This document shows, one piece after another, positions 35,093 to 49,703 of a stretch of DNA of 64,000 bases. Below the pieces are notes generated by a model. That model saw only the letters and a list, made by a program, of their open reading frames with translations. It had not been told where the DNA came from and made no database searches. Numbering within the stretch: the first letter of the stretch is position 1; each line of letters opens with the position of its first letter. Source of the stretch: Eledone cirrhosa (lineage: Eukaryota); contig OZ024744.1 of assembly GCA_964016885.1 (NCBI GenBank), positions 40,982,001-41,046,000 on the forward strand, in the 5' to 3' direction. Both the position numbers and the translations under genes were made by a program.

Positions 35093-38000
35093 ATGCCACC
35101 AAAGTCTCAACAAAACAACAACTCACTGAACCAGGACATCTTAAATGAACTCAAAGAGATTTCCTCTAAACTTTCAATTTTGACCAACAAAAAAAGGACC
35201 CCACGAAGAAAGAGAAAATACCCAAGAGACAAATATTACTCCAGCATTAACTAAACTAATCCAAACCATTGAAACAGCAATGCTCCAAAATCTGGAACAA
35301 CCATTAGAACCCAATCTACGAGATGTCCACTCAGTGAAAAACACCCTAATCAATATATGGACTCAAAAGCTCACAGCCCGCAAATTCGCTTTTTGGAATC
35401 TCCTAAAAAATAATGGCAAGGCAGACATATATGAAAAGTGGCTAAACTCTACCCCAATCATCCTCCCAAAAAGCTCCAAATAAAACCCATCCCGAATGAA
35501 CCAGAAAACCAACAAAATCTTAGGGAAAAGACTGCGTTAGAAAAATTTAAAATAGAAATAGAACTGTTGCGGTTAAGAGCCAACTCCAACGAAGAAAAAT
35601 TCAAGTCACTCGACCAACAGGTGGAAACAGAAATCTCAAGGCACTCTGAAGGCATATTCTATGAAAAAACCTTAAAACTTTGGAAAGAAAATTGTGAGGA
35701 TGAAGAACTAACATCCCTCCAGCGATGGGAAAAAAACGTCACCTGGTTCAACAACTATGAAATAGATTTAAAAAATGAACAACATACAGGTAACCCATTT
35801 TTAAAACAAACTAAAACTCACACACGACATGCACAACAAATAACAAAAAAAGTAACAAAACGTCCAACATACCCCCAGAAAAACTATGACGATAATCTCA
35901 GAACCCATAGACAAAACTATAGCCCTACTAACAAAAGCCAAAGATCCCCCAACACAAGACAGGACCCGATCCGCAGATCACAACCCACACAAAACCTATT
36001 CCAAAACCGTAGACACCTGCCCACACAGAACCTGTTCCGAACTCGTAGATACCAACCCACACAAAGGAATAAAATCTACAACCCGAACTATCAACAAACC
36101 GAACCTCAATACGTCCGAAACTTCTATACAAGACCACACAACAACAGGGGAAATGCAATTAGATATAATAATACCATTGAAAAAGCATTCCAGAAAAATC
36201 ATTTTTTAGACCAAATCTACAGGACCCAAACACCCGGTGGCACAAACCGATTTTGAAAAACCGAAAATGATCAACTTTTCAAATACAAACCTCTCAGCCC
36301 AACAAGTAAAAATACTCTCCAAAGGATTGAAATTCACACCAACACCACAATACTCTAATCTCAATGAGATAAATGACGATATCTCACACTTCTGTAGAAA
36401 ATATTGTCTCATAGAGGAATATTTTGACAAGGAGAATAACGACCAATCAATTGTACGGAATAAAAGCAGCTACTTTCACATACCATGAACTTACACATAG
36501 CTACTTTCCCATACCATGAACTACCGCACCCTAAACCCAAACCCAACATGAGTCGAAGGGAATGGGAGATTATCAATGAACTAAAAAACAATACGGACAT
36601 TATAATTAAGGAAGCGGACAAGGGAAGTACTGTTGTCATTATGGATGCTGAAAAATATAAACATTCTATGTTATCTCTCTTACAAAATACTAATTGCTAT
36701 GAAAGAGTAAAAAACTACCACCAATAAAAAACGATGACCAGATTAAACACACTGATTTGTCGATACCAGGAAGACTTAACTAAAAAGGAACGCGATTATT
36801 TAACACATTTTGAATACATACAAAACCAGCAACCTTTACGGACTTCCGAAGATCCACAAGTGTAAAATAATACGATGCCTGTAAACAATCCACCTCAGCC
36901 TACGGGAACACACAATACCCCACATACCTTAAATTAAGACAATTGTAGCGGGCCCACAATATGAAACACACAGACTGAGCAACTTTATAGACATACTACT
37001 AAAACCAATTCTCAAACACATACCAAGCCTTGTAGGAGACGATCTGGACCTCTTAAACCACCTCCCCAAACATGTTAACAACGACACTATTATTGTGTCT
37101 TCCAATGTAGTGATCTCTACACAACGATCCCACATCAATACGGACTAGAAGCAATAGGTTTCTGGCTAGAGAAATATCCCAATGAGATACCTGGTAGAAT
37201 AGAAAAAAGGTTCATCACCGAAGGATTAACATTTATCTTACAGAACAACTTTTTTGATTTCGATGGCAGTACTTACAAGCAAATATTGGGGACTGCGATG
37301 GGTACAAAAGCCGCTCCAACTTATGCCAACTTAGTCATGGCATACTTAGAAGTCCAGATATATGAACAGTCCAAATCAAAATACGGATTGAACTTCCACA
37401 AATATTTATCAGAGAATTGGAAACGCGACTTGGATGATTGTCTCATTATTTGGTCCCACACACTCGACCAACTGAATGATTTCAAAAATTTAATTAACGG
37501 CATCAATAACCACATCCAATTCACAATGTAATACAGCCAGGATCAACGCCCATTTCTGGACATCTTGATCTTAAAAAAAGACACAAATATTGAAACTGAC
37601 ATACACTACAAACCAACAGATTCCAAACAATTCCTGCTATTCACCTCCAACCATCCAAAGCACACGAAGACGAACATTCCTTTTAACCTAGCAAGAAGAA
37701 TTTACACAATTGTCTCCAATTATGAAACGTGAAATAAAAGAATTAACGGAAATTCTACTCGAAAGACAGTACCCACAATTACTAATAAATAATGGAATAG
37801 AAAGGGCTAAAGCAATAGGCATTGATGAATTACGAAAACAGAAACAAATTCAAGGTACGTTCAATATTCTATCATATATCTCAACACACAACCCAAGAAA
37901 TGCGGAAGCTTACAGCACTATTCACAAGAACATCCCACTATTGAAACAAGACCCAAGAATGAAAAAGGACCTTGAAACACACAAAATAATCAAAAGCAAA

Positions 38001-38470
38001 AGATAACCGAAATCACTAAAAATGTTACTCACCAATGCCAAATTACCTACCACAAACCCACAACCAACTGTCAAAAAATGTGGTCGCTCTAATTGTGGAA
38101 CCTGCACTCACCCCATTGAAGGCAACATGTATACATTTCAATCAGGACAAAATTTTGCTGTAAAAAATCACTTCACTTGCTCATCAAAAAATCTATTTTA
38201 TGCCATTAAATGTAAAGGATGCAATGAAGATTATATAGGACTAAACTCACACTCAGAAACAGAATGATAGTTTATCACCTACAATTACGAGATCCAACCA
38301 TGAGACAGATACCACTAAGTGCACATCTAGACATATGCGCAAGTAATAAGACACCCAAATTCCAAGTCTTTCCATTTTACCTTTGCGCTGACAATACAAC
38401 AGAACAAATACGAATAAATAAGGAAAATATGTTTATTCAAAAATATAGACCAGCATTAAATATAGTTTAA
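35093..38470 (+). pseudogene. Disrupted PLE ORF (long N-terminal region, RT, CxxxxCxxC linker, GIY-YIG)
   Basis: LSKGLKFTPTP, IIIKEADKGSTVV, GTAMGTKAAPTYANL, RDLDDC, KKCGRSNCGTC, CKGCNEDYIG; many frameshifts. Confidence 0.9.
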
Positions 38471-38816
38471 TATACATTATGTTAACACCATAACATGCTA
38501 ACCACCCAAACAGACACATACACACACATAACACCTTCTACTCTAGAAAATAAAAACCAGAACTAAATAAACCTTAACATACGTTAATACTCTATCACCT
38601 TAACACGCTAACCCCCCCCCCCACAACTCTCACCCCCATTTCTACTAACGGAATCATTTTCCTACACACACACACACACAAAATATATATATTCTCTTCA
38701 TCTTAACATGCTAACCATACTCCCACACACACATAACACCCATACGCACACACATAACCCCCCCCCCCCATACAAACACAACTACCTCCCCCATTTCTAT
38801 TAATAGAATCATCTTC

Positions 38817-38942
<126 letters not shown>

Positions 38943-39676
38943 ACAAGCACACAAATAAACATACATATCACTACTTTCTTTATTTCAATAGAAAGTCTGA
39001 ATTCTGACACCCCAGCGAAGCAGCCATATTCACTGAACCAGAACAATTCTCCCCACCCATTTCTCTTGACTATTATCTTTTGTTTGCATAAAGTTCTCTA
39101 AAAGGCTACAAAATAAATTCCCAAATACGGGCGCGAAATTTAATGAACTTGTTCACGTGACAGTCATAATTTCATTTATAACCAATCAAATTACATTTAT
39201 AAAAAAGCCTTCGTGACCCACTTTTTTTTAAGTAAAAAGAAATTCAAACAAACTGGCGCGAAAGCTGATGTGTTTATTCACGTGACTGCATCAACCAACC
39301 AAACTTCACTCAATATATGAAAAAACAACCTGAGCCACCCCCCCTTTGTTTGAAGAACTTTGTAAAGCGAACTGGCGCGAAATTTATTATACTTATTCAC
39401 CAACCAATCAAATTACTTCTCTAAAAATCTGGCGTTTCGAGCCACAATTTTCCCTATAAAATAAGTAACATTCAAAGACCAACCAGATGTGAGTAAAACC
39501 ACAGACCCTCCATCTCAACTCTACTTTTGAAAAGTAGAAGAACTGCAAAACCGGTAAAGGAACCAAATAAATATATATATATTAAAAAAAATAAGACTCC
39601 AGTTGCATTTTCGATTTCATCTTTTTTCCATATACTTTCACCTCGGTTATTTTTCATTTTGTAAAAAAACCCTCAC

Positions 39677-39717
<41 letters not shown>

Positions 39718-39816
39718 AAAGTTAAACAAGGTTCAATGAATACATCAAAGAATGAGTTTTACTACCATGACTGAATCTTAACCATCTACTATGTCAGGGT
39801 ATGTCAGGTTTCATCT

Positions 39817-39883
39817 TATTTTATCTGATGAGGACGTACTGTTGAACTTAACTCAGTACCTCTGAAATATGTATAATAAAATA
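39817..39883 (+). ncRNA. Type-I hammerhead motif in a solo ~200-bp PLE terminus (39715-39925)
   Basis: TATTTTAT-CTGATGA-[GTACTG..CAGTAC]-GAAA-TATGTA-TA-ATAAAATA; stems I and III nearly identical to 8086-8151 but stem II differs. Confidence 0.75.
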
Positions 39884-39929
39884 TAATTGATCACAAGAAT
39901 ATCTATTTTGTTAATATTTTGAATTAATA

Positions 39930-39971
<42 letters not shown>

Positions 39972-39981
39972 ATATACATAT

Positions 39982-41010
39982 AAGTTTTGAGACCGTTTCA
40001 TTTCAGATGCTTTTAATTGACCTACGTAACTGTCGCTCTAAGATATCCATGATATGGCTATAATAAGCTAACATGCCAAATCTTCTTTTCCAGGTTGTCG
40101 GTTTGGGCCACCAAAGTACTTTAAACACTACCAGTTGTACACAACAGGACAACTTGGAGGCTGTATGCAATAAAGTTTTTTGTCCAGCTCAGCAAAAACA
40201 GTGCTGAAACCTAAGAAATGGTCAAAACCGCTTACGGACTAACTTTCATGAGCCGAAGGAGGACATAAAGCAGGTTAGGGATTACGTGAGATGTGGCAGA
40301 GAGAGGGACATTAGGACACCAAATTTGTTTGACAAAATTTGCAAATTTCTGGATGAGGACCGTCATGCATTTCTTCTAATGATTGCTAAACAATTTGAAG
40401 TGGCTGAGGGCACTGTGTACATACTCATTCATTATGATCTGCAAAGTTTTTCCCAGGGTGCTCAATGAAGATCAAAGGCAGAAGTGCATTGATGACATCA
40501 GGGAGATGGTTGAGTGGATCACTTTACATCCAAGTGTCCTTGAGTCTCTGGTAACCTGTGGCGAGAGCTGGGTCTACTGATATGATCTATAGACCAAGAG
40601 ACAGAGTACCCAGTGGAAATATTCTGACTCCCCAAAACCCAGTGACACCTGCACCAGGACAATGCCCTCCCATCTTGCTGACCAACTACTTGGCCAATAT
40701 GGAGATTAAGACTGTCCCTCATCCTCTCTACAGACAAGGCTTAGCCCCATGTGACTTTTGAAAGTTCTTGAAGCTGAAGGAGAATCTCAGGATATTTGTT
40801 TTAAAGATGTGGAAGAGATGAAGGAGGCTGAAACAAACATCCTAGACACCTTCACTTTGGAGGACTACAAGGGGGACTTCCAGAAGTGGCTGGAGTACCA
40901 CAACAAGTACATTGAAGCTGGAGAATCCTACTTTGAGGGGTCTAGTGTTTTGTGTTGAACTGAGTTAAATGTTTCTATAGTAAAAGTCTCAAAACCTCTC
41001 GAGTGTACCT

Positions 41011-41014
<4 letters not shown>
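39982..41014 (+). mobile_element. Mariner (Tc1/mariner) DNA transposon relic, internally deleted
   Basis: TIR remnants GTTTTGAGAC (39984) and GTCTCAAAAC (40986), ending in TA; peptides LVTCGESWVY and HPLYRQGLAPCDF (cf. HPPYSPDLAPCDF). Confidence 0.85.
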
Positions 41015-41048
<34 letters not shown>

Positions 41049-41195
41049 CAGGGAAAAGCGGATGTATGATGATGATGATGATATATATAATAACTAACAA
41101 AAAGTTATCACTCTACATGGCTGAATACAATAAATTGTTTCTACTTTTGGCACAAGGCCAGCAATTACCCAGTGTATTATTGGTTCTTTATTTTT

Positions 41196-41380
41196 ATATT
41201 CAATTCGTTTGCAATTATACAAACAAGCCTCTTTTTTAAGCCATGTCTGTAGAATGAGCCCTTCATTCTTGCTCTTACATTCTGTTTACATGCCAACATA
41301 AGAACAAGAATGAGGAGCTCATTCTACTGACATGGCTTAAAAAAGAGGCTTGTTTGCATAATTGCAAACAAATTGAATAT
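41196..41380. repeat. Short inverted repeat (~80-bp arms) adjoining a SINE 3' fragment (41133-41195)
   Basis: ATATTCAATTCGTTTGCAATTAT...ATAATTGCAAACAAATTGAATAT. Confidence 0.8.
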
Positions 41381-41694
41381 TATTATTAATATTCGAAAAA
41401 CTCAGATTATATTTTATATATATAAATAATTCGGAGATGGTATGCCACAACAATAACACTGAATTTGCAGGCCATCTCCAAATCAAATACATTCTCTGTT
41501 CTCTTCTTTTGATTAACTAATTATGCAATCTGCACCTGGCGATGTCAATAAGGTCTTGCGTAACCAGGCCATTGATATATTATTATATATATTATTTTTT
41601 GCAACAATAAAACTTTAAAAGGATATATCCAGTCTGGTCTTCTGTTGTTTTACTTAAATATATCATCATCATCATCATCATAATCGTCGTTTAA

Positions 41695-43131
41695 CGTCTA
41701 TCTTCCAATGTCCCCACCACTCCAGCCATCAACTTAATTATGAATATCATCACCTCTGCCGACCTCAACTGGTTTGGGATTACAGCCGCTGACATCCATG
41801 AATTGCTCTCTATTGTCATATGTTTGAGGGCTACCTATACAAACAAATCTCAGGATTTCCGATGGGGTTGAGTCTGTCTCCCAGGCTTGCTAGCCATCAC
41901 ATACACAGTCTAGTTGGAGAGTAGAACACTCACCACCTGTTGCTCTTGCTCCTTCTTCTCCATGTACATGGATGACATTCTTATGCTCACTTCCTCATGT
42001 GAAGAAGCTGTCAAGATCTACATCTTCAAAAACATTGATGCACACATAAAATTTAAAGTTGAACATCCAGATACCACTCTTTACTCAACTTTACACTAAC
42101 AGTCACAGGAGGGATTCATATACACCAAATTTTACAGGAAGGATGCCTGCAGAAACAATTTTTTACACTACAACTCTGCCTTCCTCTACAGAGCCAAAAT
42201 AGCCTTTATACAGAATGAGATGTCCTGGATTCACAACAGATGCAGAGAGGGTAGCGACAACATACCAGCATAGTGGAATTCCAAAGAATTCTCACCAAAG
42301 AAATGGCTTCCTTACTTCTTTCACCAAACACAGAAATGCCAAAGCAGCAGCATGTAAAAGAATGAAGAGGACACGTGCCTCTAAGGATAACATTTGCTAC
42401 CTAAAGCTGTCACATTTCAACGAGAAGATGACAGCTCCCATCAGACAAGCCATCTACAAGGAGGAACTGAATATATGGCTGGCACATTCGGGACCCTCAT
42501 TGAGGAGACTGCATCACAGACACCAACCCACATACAGTGATATATGCATACTTCCTAATTGTGCCATCAACAACACAGAAGTGTGCATGACAGCATATGT
42601 GGTTTATAAGGTCACGTACAAAAAATGTAGCTCTTCTTACATCAGAAGTATCATAAAGAGACTACAGGTATGGATCAAGAAACATGTAACATTGAGAGAT
42701 TTTTCCATCGTAAAAAATCTTGACAGGTGCCACAATGAAGACATTGAGGTAAGCACAGAAGCAAGTGAAAGGAATACACGAAATTGAAGAATTAAGGAAG
42801 CCATTTTAATTAGTTAATTAAAGCCCGACATAAATAAAAGGTCAGAAAGGCACAAGGTAGAACGGTTACTATAGCAACCCTGTGCATGTGCATACATTTT
42901 TACAAGACATACGACCAGTTTAAAAAAAGAGTCAAATTGTTCATTTACTTTATCTAAGACTGTTTCAGCCCCACATCTGAAAAGTGGGTATTAGCCCTGA
43001 ATATATCATGCTGTAATTCACTGAATAAAACAACTTTACTTTGTTTTGTTTCATTTACCATAATTTTCCTTTTGTATTTTATTTTCTACCACCTCATACC
43101 AGCTTTAAAAAAAACAAACTTATCGGTCATT

Positions 43132-43135
<4 letters not shown>
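41695..43135 (+). mobile_element. Old PLE fragment of a third lineage (RT + GIY-YIG, degenerate)
   Basis: YKQISGFPMG, MYMDDIL, IKFKVE, FYRK, VVYKV...YI, RIKEAILI. Confidence 0.75.
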
Positions 43136-43215
<80 letters not shown>

Positions 43216-44279
43216 TGTGCTTTCAAATTAATAACTAAAGGAATGTAGTAAATTGATGATGATAAGGGAGGGTGATGATGATAATTATCATCATCATACT
43301 GGCATAGGTTGACCCAGCCTTATGCTCCAGTTTTGGCATGGTTTCTACAGCTGGATGCTCTTCCTAACATCAAACACATTATAGAATCTACTGGCTTCAT
43401 TTGATCATGGTACCAACAGTGAAACTTTACAGAGAGTACTCAGTCGATGTTGTTCACTTTTGTAGAATGAACTACAATAATAATCAATAATCAATATCTA
43501 TAAATCACCAACGTTCAAATTAAACAGCTGCACAATGTATATTTTTCTCTGTTATTTGTACCAAACAAAAAAACTAAATAACTATACATTTTAGAAATAT
43601 TAAAATCGACGTCTTTTGAAATTAACTCGAAATATTTTCCAAAAGTAAATAAAATAAATATATGTGCAAACTCTTTATAATTATTCACATTTGTGTTTTA
43701 AGTTAAACTCATTTGATCAGATTCATTTATAATATTTTAAACTGTGGTATCATTTTTTCCAAAGCTGAGTAATCCATAAGCCAATTTGAATTTAGAACAA
43801 TTTATGGAAGAAATAATGTCTGTTATATTTATATTTTTGCTTTGTAATGCAATATTCAATTCATTTAGCCTTGTGATATTTGTTAAAAATGTTAATGTTT
43901 GAAATCATTCTTTGTCTTCATGTAAATTTATCTTTTCTGTCATTAAGAAAATAATTGATATGTGGGAACAATAACCTCTCTTCATTGTGTATGAAGAAGT
44001 GAATCTTCATAATGTGAATTAGTTCTAGTAAAAGAGATTTGATATTCAAGTCATTTTGAAAAAATAAAAATTTGCAGTGATTTGGGAATATAACAATTTT
44101 TTTTCTTATTAAGCTCATGCTCGGAGCAAACCTTACACATTTTTCTACATACTAAACCACATGAAATTGTCTTTAGCTTTTTGATACAAAACTGTTTATT
44201 TTAGATTGTTTTTCCTCCTCCTCCTCCGCCACTTCCTCCTCCTCATCATCATCATTATCATCATGTTCACCCTCCCAAC

Positions 44280-44900
44280 CATCATCATCATCATTTAACA
44301 TCCATTTTTCCTGCGAGCAAGGGTTGAATGTGTCTTCAAAGACCAAGTCAGTACTCAGCTGGGGCTACTGAAACCTCAAATGGGCCGTGAGCCCATATCT
44401 TGCTTACAAACAATTCCACACTTTACTGGGTGCATTTTATTGTCACGCAAGTACTAGAAAGGCAGTACATATCCATACAACTAAAGGTCCTCCCAACCCT
44501 TTTCTCGGCTAGTTTCCTATAGCTGGATGCCCTTCCACTCACCAACCCATTTACAGCACGTACTGGGTGGATTTAACATGTAGATCACCAGCACTAGGGA
44601 GGTTGTCGTGCCTTTGACACAACTGAAGAGTCCTCCTGACCCTTTGGCAAGCTTGCCTTTTACAGCTAGATGCAATTCGCATCATCAACCACATTACAGT
44701 GTGTACTTGATGCATTTGTTGTGTAGATCACCAACACTAGAGAGGTTGTCATGCTCGTATCACAACTGAAGAGTTTCTTCGCTCTTTTTGTAATAATTTT
44801 TACAATGAGGTACCCGTCCTTTTGCCAACCACTTTACAGTGTGTACTGGGTGCATTTGTTAGAGAGATTGTCAGTTATTGTCTGAATTAAAGAACCATCC
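44280..44900 (-). mobile_element. Old RTE-type 3' UTR with ~120-160-bp tandem subrepeats
   Basis: (CAT)n tail; repeated CCAnTTACAGTGTGTACTGGGTGCATTT and CACTAGnGAGGTTGTC units. Confidence 0.6.
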
Positions 44901-45441
44901 ATGCTTGGGTAGGTTTGGGAAATGAAGACACACGTTCAGCTTCATACTCATTATTTGTGTTACAGGATATTTACCGACCCGCTTGGACCAAAGGATGACT
45001 GAAATTGGATTTGTGGAAAAAGAACACAGCTCCTTATTTCATAAGCTAGAAATGGTCGCAATGTCTAGAAACTACAAAATCTGTAAAAATTCCTATGATT
45101 CAAAGGATGAATGCTTACACAAGGAAGAATGAAAATTTCCTTTCCTTTAGAATCTTGCCACTTGGAAGGTGGCCGGTCAAAAATAAACTGAAAATTAAGA
45201 GAAATAGAAAACATACACTCATACACACATCCATACATACAAATACCCTTTAATCATCATTATTGTGCATCCTTCCATACATACATATATAGACACCGTC
45301 TAACCCATGATAGCATGGACGAACGGACGTAAAGCGATGATGACGACACACACACACACACACACACACACATGCACACACAAACATACACATACTCTTT
45401 ATATACATACATTTTAACATCTATATATATGCCAAAAAGAG

Positions 45442-45481
<40 letters not shown>

Positions 45482-45564
45482 AAAAAGAGCCAAGAAACCC
45501 ATCAGTTGTGATAAGAGCATGACCACCTCTCTAGTGTTGGTGATCTACAGAACAAATGCACCAA

Positions 45565-45651
<87 letters not shown>

Positions 45652-45819
45652 ACGTCCGCTCTTCCCTGCTTGCAAGATATAAACTGACATTATTACCGCC
45701 CTTTTTTATATTAAACTACACTTAATGTTGATACCTTTCGACTAATATCTTCTATGTGAGCTTGTGGTCTTGACTTTCTTAACTACTGAATATATATATA
45801 TCACCTTGACCGACCAGTC

Positions 45820-46230
45820 TCTCAGGCGTCCATTCAGCGCCGCTAGTCACAGCACGCCGTCCATTCCTCTCTGGATCGTGCTTTCCTCATCCATGTAGTC
45901 CCAATCATATTCCTAAAATCGTAACTCCACCTTCGTGGAGGCCTTCCGTCCGAGTGGTCGTTTCCGCTCGCGCGGATAGCACTCGGTAAATGCGCAGGTC
46001 CACCGATTATCGGTGAACCGGGCGACGTGTCCAGCCCATCTGAACTTGCTACGCATATATTCCGTGTTGACGTCCCACGCCGGACTTCTGTCTGATGACT
46101 TCGCTCCTGATGTGCTCTCTCAACGAGATTCCTAGCATTGATCTCTCCATGGCTCTTTGAGCCATTACCAGCCTCTGCTCTTCTCTCTTCGTTGTAGCCC
46201 AAGTTTCACTGCCATATAACATTGGAGGTA
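45820..46230 (-). mobile_element. RTE-clade LINE 3' fragment of a distinct family
   Basis: MLYGSETWATTKREEQRL..QRAMERSMLGISLR..RWAGHVAR..GRPPRRW read across frameshifts. Confidence 0.85.
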
Positions 46231-46253
46231 AAATATATATAAATCAACGCAGA

Positions 46254-46339
<86 letters not shown>

Positions 46340-46557
46340 GATAACAATATATCGTTAAAGGTAATCCGATTAGAGTTTGTGAAAACTTCTTGTCATGGAT
46401 AGTTTAAGCGTACGGCGTTGTGTAACTCAACAAGAGGTTTACGTGGTGGCGAGTTTATGACTTCACTTGTATTCCTATGTAAGTACATCTTGGAGTGATA
46501 AAATTGAAAAAGTGAAGAATAACATGGTCAACAGTACAAACAAGGAAATTTATTTAC

Positions 46558-46665
46558 AGTCTAATAATTGTTTCTATGATAGAGTTGTCTAGAAATTGCT
46601 AAACACTATAGGCAGTGGCATTCAATTTAAAATACATGCAACCACCCATCATTTCGTCAGAGACT
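46558..46665 (-). ncRNA. Type-I hammerhead motif with long stem II (mirror copy 50617-50724, +)
   Basis: AGTCT-CTGACGA-A-ATGATGGG...TCTATCAT-A-GAAAC-AATT-ATT-AGACT; the mirror copy has GTT at the cleavage site but a mutated core. Confidence 0.65.
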
Positions 46666-47721
46666 AAAAGAAAATACAAAATATATGCGTAACGGTAAAT
46701 TTATAAATTCAAATTACCACATCAATAATAATATTAATAATAAAGATATAGAGAGAAATAAAGGAAGGGGGACAGATGGAAAGGAGGGAGGGGTGGGTGA
46801 GAAAGACGAAAGAGAAAACGAAAAAACAGTTATATGCACAACCGGCAAAATTACGAAATCAAACTATCACATCAAAATAAAAATAATATTAATAATAAAG
46901 ATACAGATAGAAAGAAAAGAGGGGGGGGGGGGACAGATGTAGTAAAGGTAGAGAAGAAAAAGAAGGACGAAGAAGGAAAAAGAGAAAGAGATAGAGAAAG
47001 ATGAAGAAGGAAAAAGAAAAACAGGTAGAGACATCATGTGGAAGACAGAAGAATCCAGGCGTGCGACCGGATGAGTAATTGATGATAAATACAGGCAGAA
47101 ATAGGATGGAGAGAAGAAGGAAGATAAACAGACAATCGAATATACGTTAATACAAGAATGAAAGCAAGTAAAAATAGAGATTTAAGCATAGACACAAATA
47201 AATAAATAAATAAGTAAATAAATAAATAAATAAAAGGATAAATAAATAAATAGATGGATGAGTAAATAAACAATTTACATCTATTGTTATATAAAATGGT
47301 ATAATATTTGAAACGTAGAGATGAGAATAAATAAATAAATGCGTTGAAGAGACTAATAAGTGTAATATTAATGTTGTTAATGTTATTGTGAATAGTTATT
47401 GATGATTATTAAATATGGATAGATGTTAAGTTGAAAATTTTAGAATATTGGATATATGTATGTGTGTATTGGATATTTTAATAAGTAAATTAACTTGTAT
47501 AAGATGCATTATATGATAAGATAAAATGATCGAGATGAAATAGGTTTAAATAGAAAAATGCCAAGACAAATGGTGAAAGATCGAGGTGTATAAAATAAAA
47601 ATGTCAATACAAAAGGTTCTGATGTTGTTCTTTGTTAATTATAATGGTGACGATGTTGCTGATAATGTAATATCGTAGTAGATTCTAATGGTATAAAAGG
47701 GATAAGGAATAGAAAATGGAA

Positions 47722-49703
47722 TTAAGTTCGTCTAAAGTTCTCGAATCTCGTTACTGATTTTTGCCGGCAAAAAATAGTTCGTTCAATTCTACTGTTAAGA
47801 AGGGTTTTGCTGAAATTAAGAATTTGGAAAAGTTCCATATTACAGAGACTGCAATGGGACATACCAATTTGATAGGCCTTTGCTTTTGACAATATTGTTC
47901 AACTGATCTCGTATTCTATGTTTGCATTCTTGAGTTGCCAGATTTTGTTGGCGAGAGTTGTATTTGAGAGATTCTTATTAATCATAGAATGTCTGTGCAC
48001 GTACCACCTTTTTTTAAATTCACAAGCTGTGGAACCAATATAATACCATGCCAGGCCACCTGAATTTATAGTACACAGGTATACTACATTTTTCTCTAGG
48101 CATCTATTTAGTAAAGGGCATTTGTCAAGTAAGTGGCAGTTACATAAAGTTGCTTTCCTATGCGCTGGTTCTACTATATGATTTTGTATATTGTTATGTA
48201 TGGGCTGCGAATGAGGTTTGTTGATGTATTGTGGTGGTGTGCTCCGGCGTGTGTTCGTTTGCGATGATGTAATATGCTTATGTTTTGGTGGTGTAGTACT
48301 TATTTGCCGGCTACTTGAATTATAAATTCTTTTGTAGTTAATTTTGTGAATGTGCGATTCTATGTTATTGGCAGTGGAGTATGATAGTTTGATAGTTTTT
48401 CTATTAAAGATTTTATGATATTTATGAGTTTTAGGGAAGTGTTTGTCAACTAATTTAAAGAAAGTGAAAGGAAGTTTAGTTTTAATAGAGGAGTTAAACA
48501 TTGGATTTAACCATAAGTAGTTTCTATTCCTGCATCTTCTATGGCTACTAGTGGTGTTTGTATTAGCATTCTGTTCATTTAAATTACGTGTATGCGGCCA
48601 ATTTATGCGTTTAGTCATAGGTTTATTGTTACTATGGTTGTGGAAAGTATTATTAACATTAAATGTGTTGCTATTTTTTGTATCTGGTATGTATTTGAGT
48701 CGCTCTTTATGGCCTGCCTTAAGTAAAGCTAAGTTGTAGTAGCTAGCGTGTTCATTAAAAAATTCCTGGTTATAAGATAGGCGCGAGATTCTAAAGGATA
48801 TACTATGCGCTATGGAGTTAATTATGGATCTAGAATGGTTAGAGTTATAGTCAATGTGAGCTAAATTTTCATTATTCTTATGGAAGGGTTCTATTAGTCC
48901 TGAGTTAAGGTTAAACGATACGTCCAAGAAGTTGACTCTTTCAGAGTTGGGTTCAAAAGTAATGCTAAGGCCTAAATCATTGAAGAATTTTCTAATCTTT
49001 TTCCTTAATCTTTCTAAGTTCTGAGACTATTTAAGTTTCTAGCTAAAAGTAGAGTATCATCTCTATAGATTCCGCCTTGTAGGTTATCAAATTCTCTATG
49101 TAAGAAATATGCTATATACATTCCAACCAAGTCTGTTATTTGGGCTGAGTCGTTTGATCCCATAGTTATATCGCAGTTATTCTGTCTATTTTTTCGCTCC
49201 CAGTAGCTGTTATCGAATTTAATGATTGTTCTTCTAGCGGCTAGTATTATTTTAATCTCATCAGCTGAAAGATCCGAGTTTTTTTGTGCTAAGGATAGTG
49301 CCTTATTAAGGGTGACTGGGGAGATAGAAGAGCAGTAGTCATTTATGTCAAATTGTATAAAGTCGGACGATTCTCTATTGTCTAATGTGTTGAACCAATC
49401 TATTACTTCATTTGTGTTACCCCAGAGCTTGATTATTAGTTGTTCCTTAATTTGTGGTATTATTCTATCTAGTATAAACTTACTAATTCTGCCTATATCT
49501 GATTTTGAAGGACATATCAATCTAATAGTAGGTTTGGTCTCGATGTTACATTTATGATCCTTCAGAATAAAAGTCGGTTCACAAGGTGTTAGAGGTTCGG
49601 TTCTATCGGATATTTTAAGTTTTTTTACTATGTTAAGACCTTCCTTGTTAATGCCAAAGAACAACATCAGAACCTTTTGTATTGACATTCTTATTTTATA
49701 CAC
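47722..49703 (-). pseudogene. Disrupted PLE RT / GIY-YIG (Naiad-type)
   Basis: KDHK, FIQFDI, GGIYRDD (49014-49703); CNCHLLDKCPL, YYIGST (47899-48927); frame continues past a TGA (CSLC..) to 47722. Confidence 0.9.

Noticed and set aside
47899-47901. In-frame TGA in a Naiad ORF as possible selenocysteine (some Naiads are selenoproteins)
   Set aside because: The codon aligns to a conserved Trp (YDLTW / YSMFW in the other copies), so it is most simply TGG>TGA decay; the copy is also frameshifted, and the intact element has no in-frame TGA
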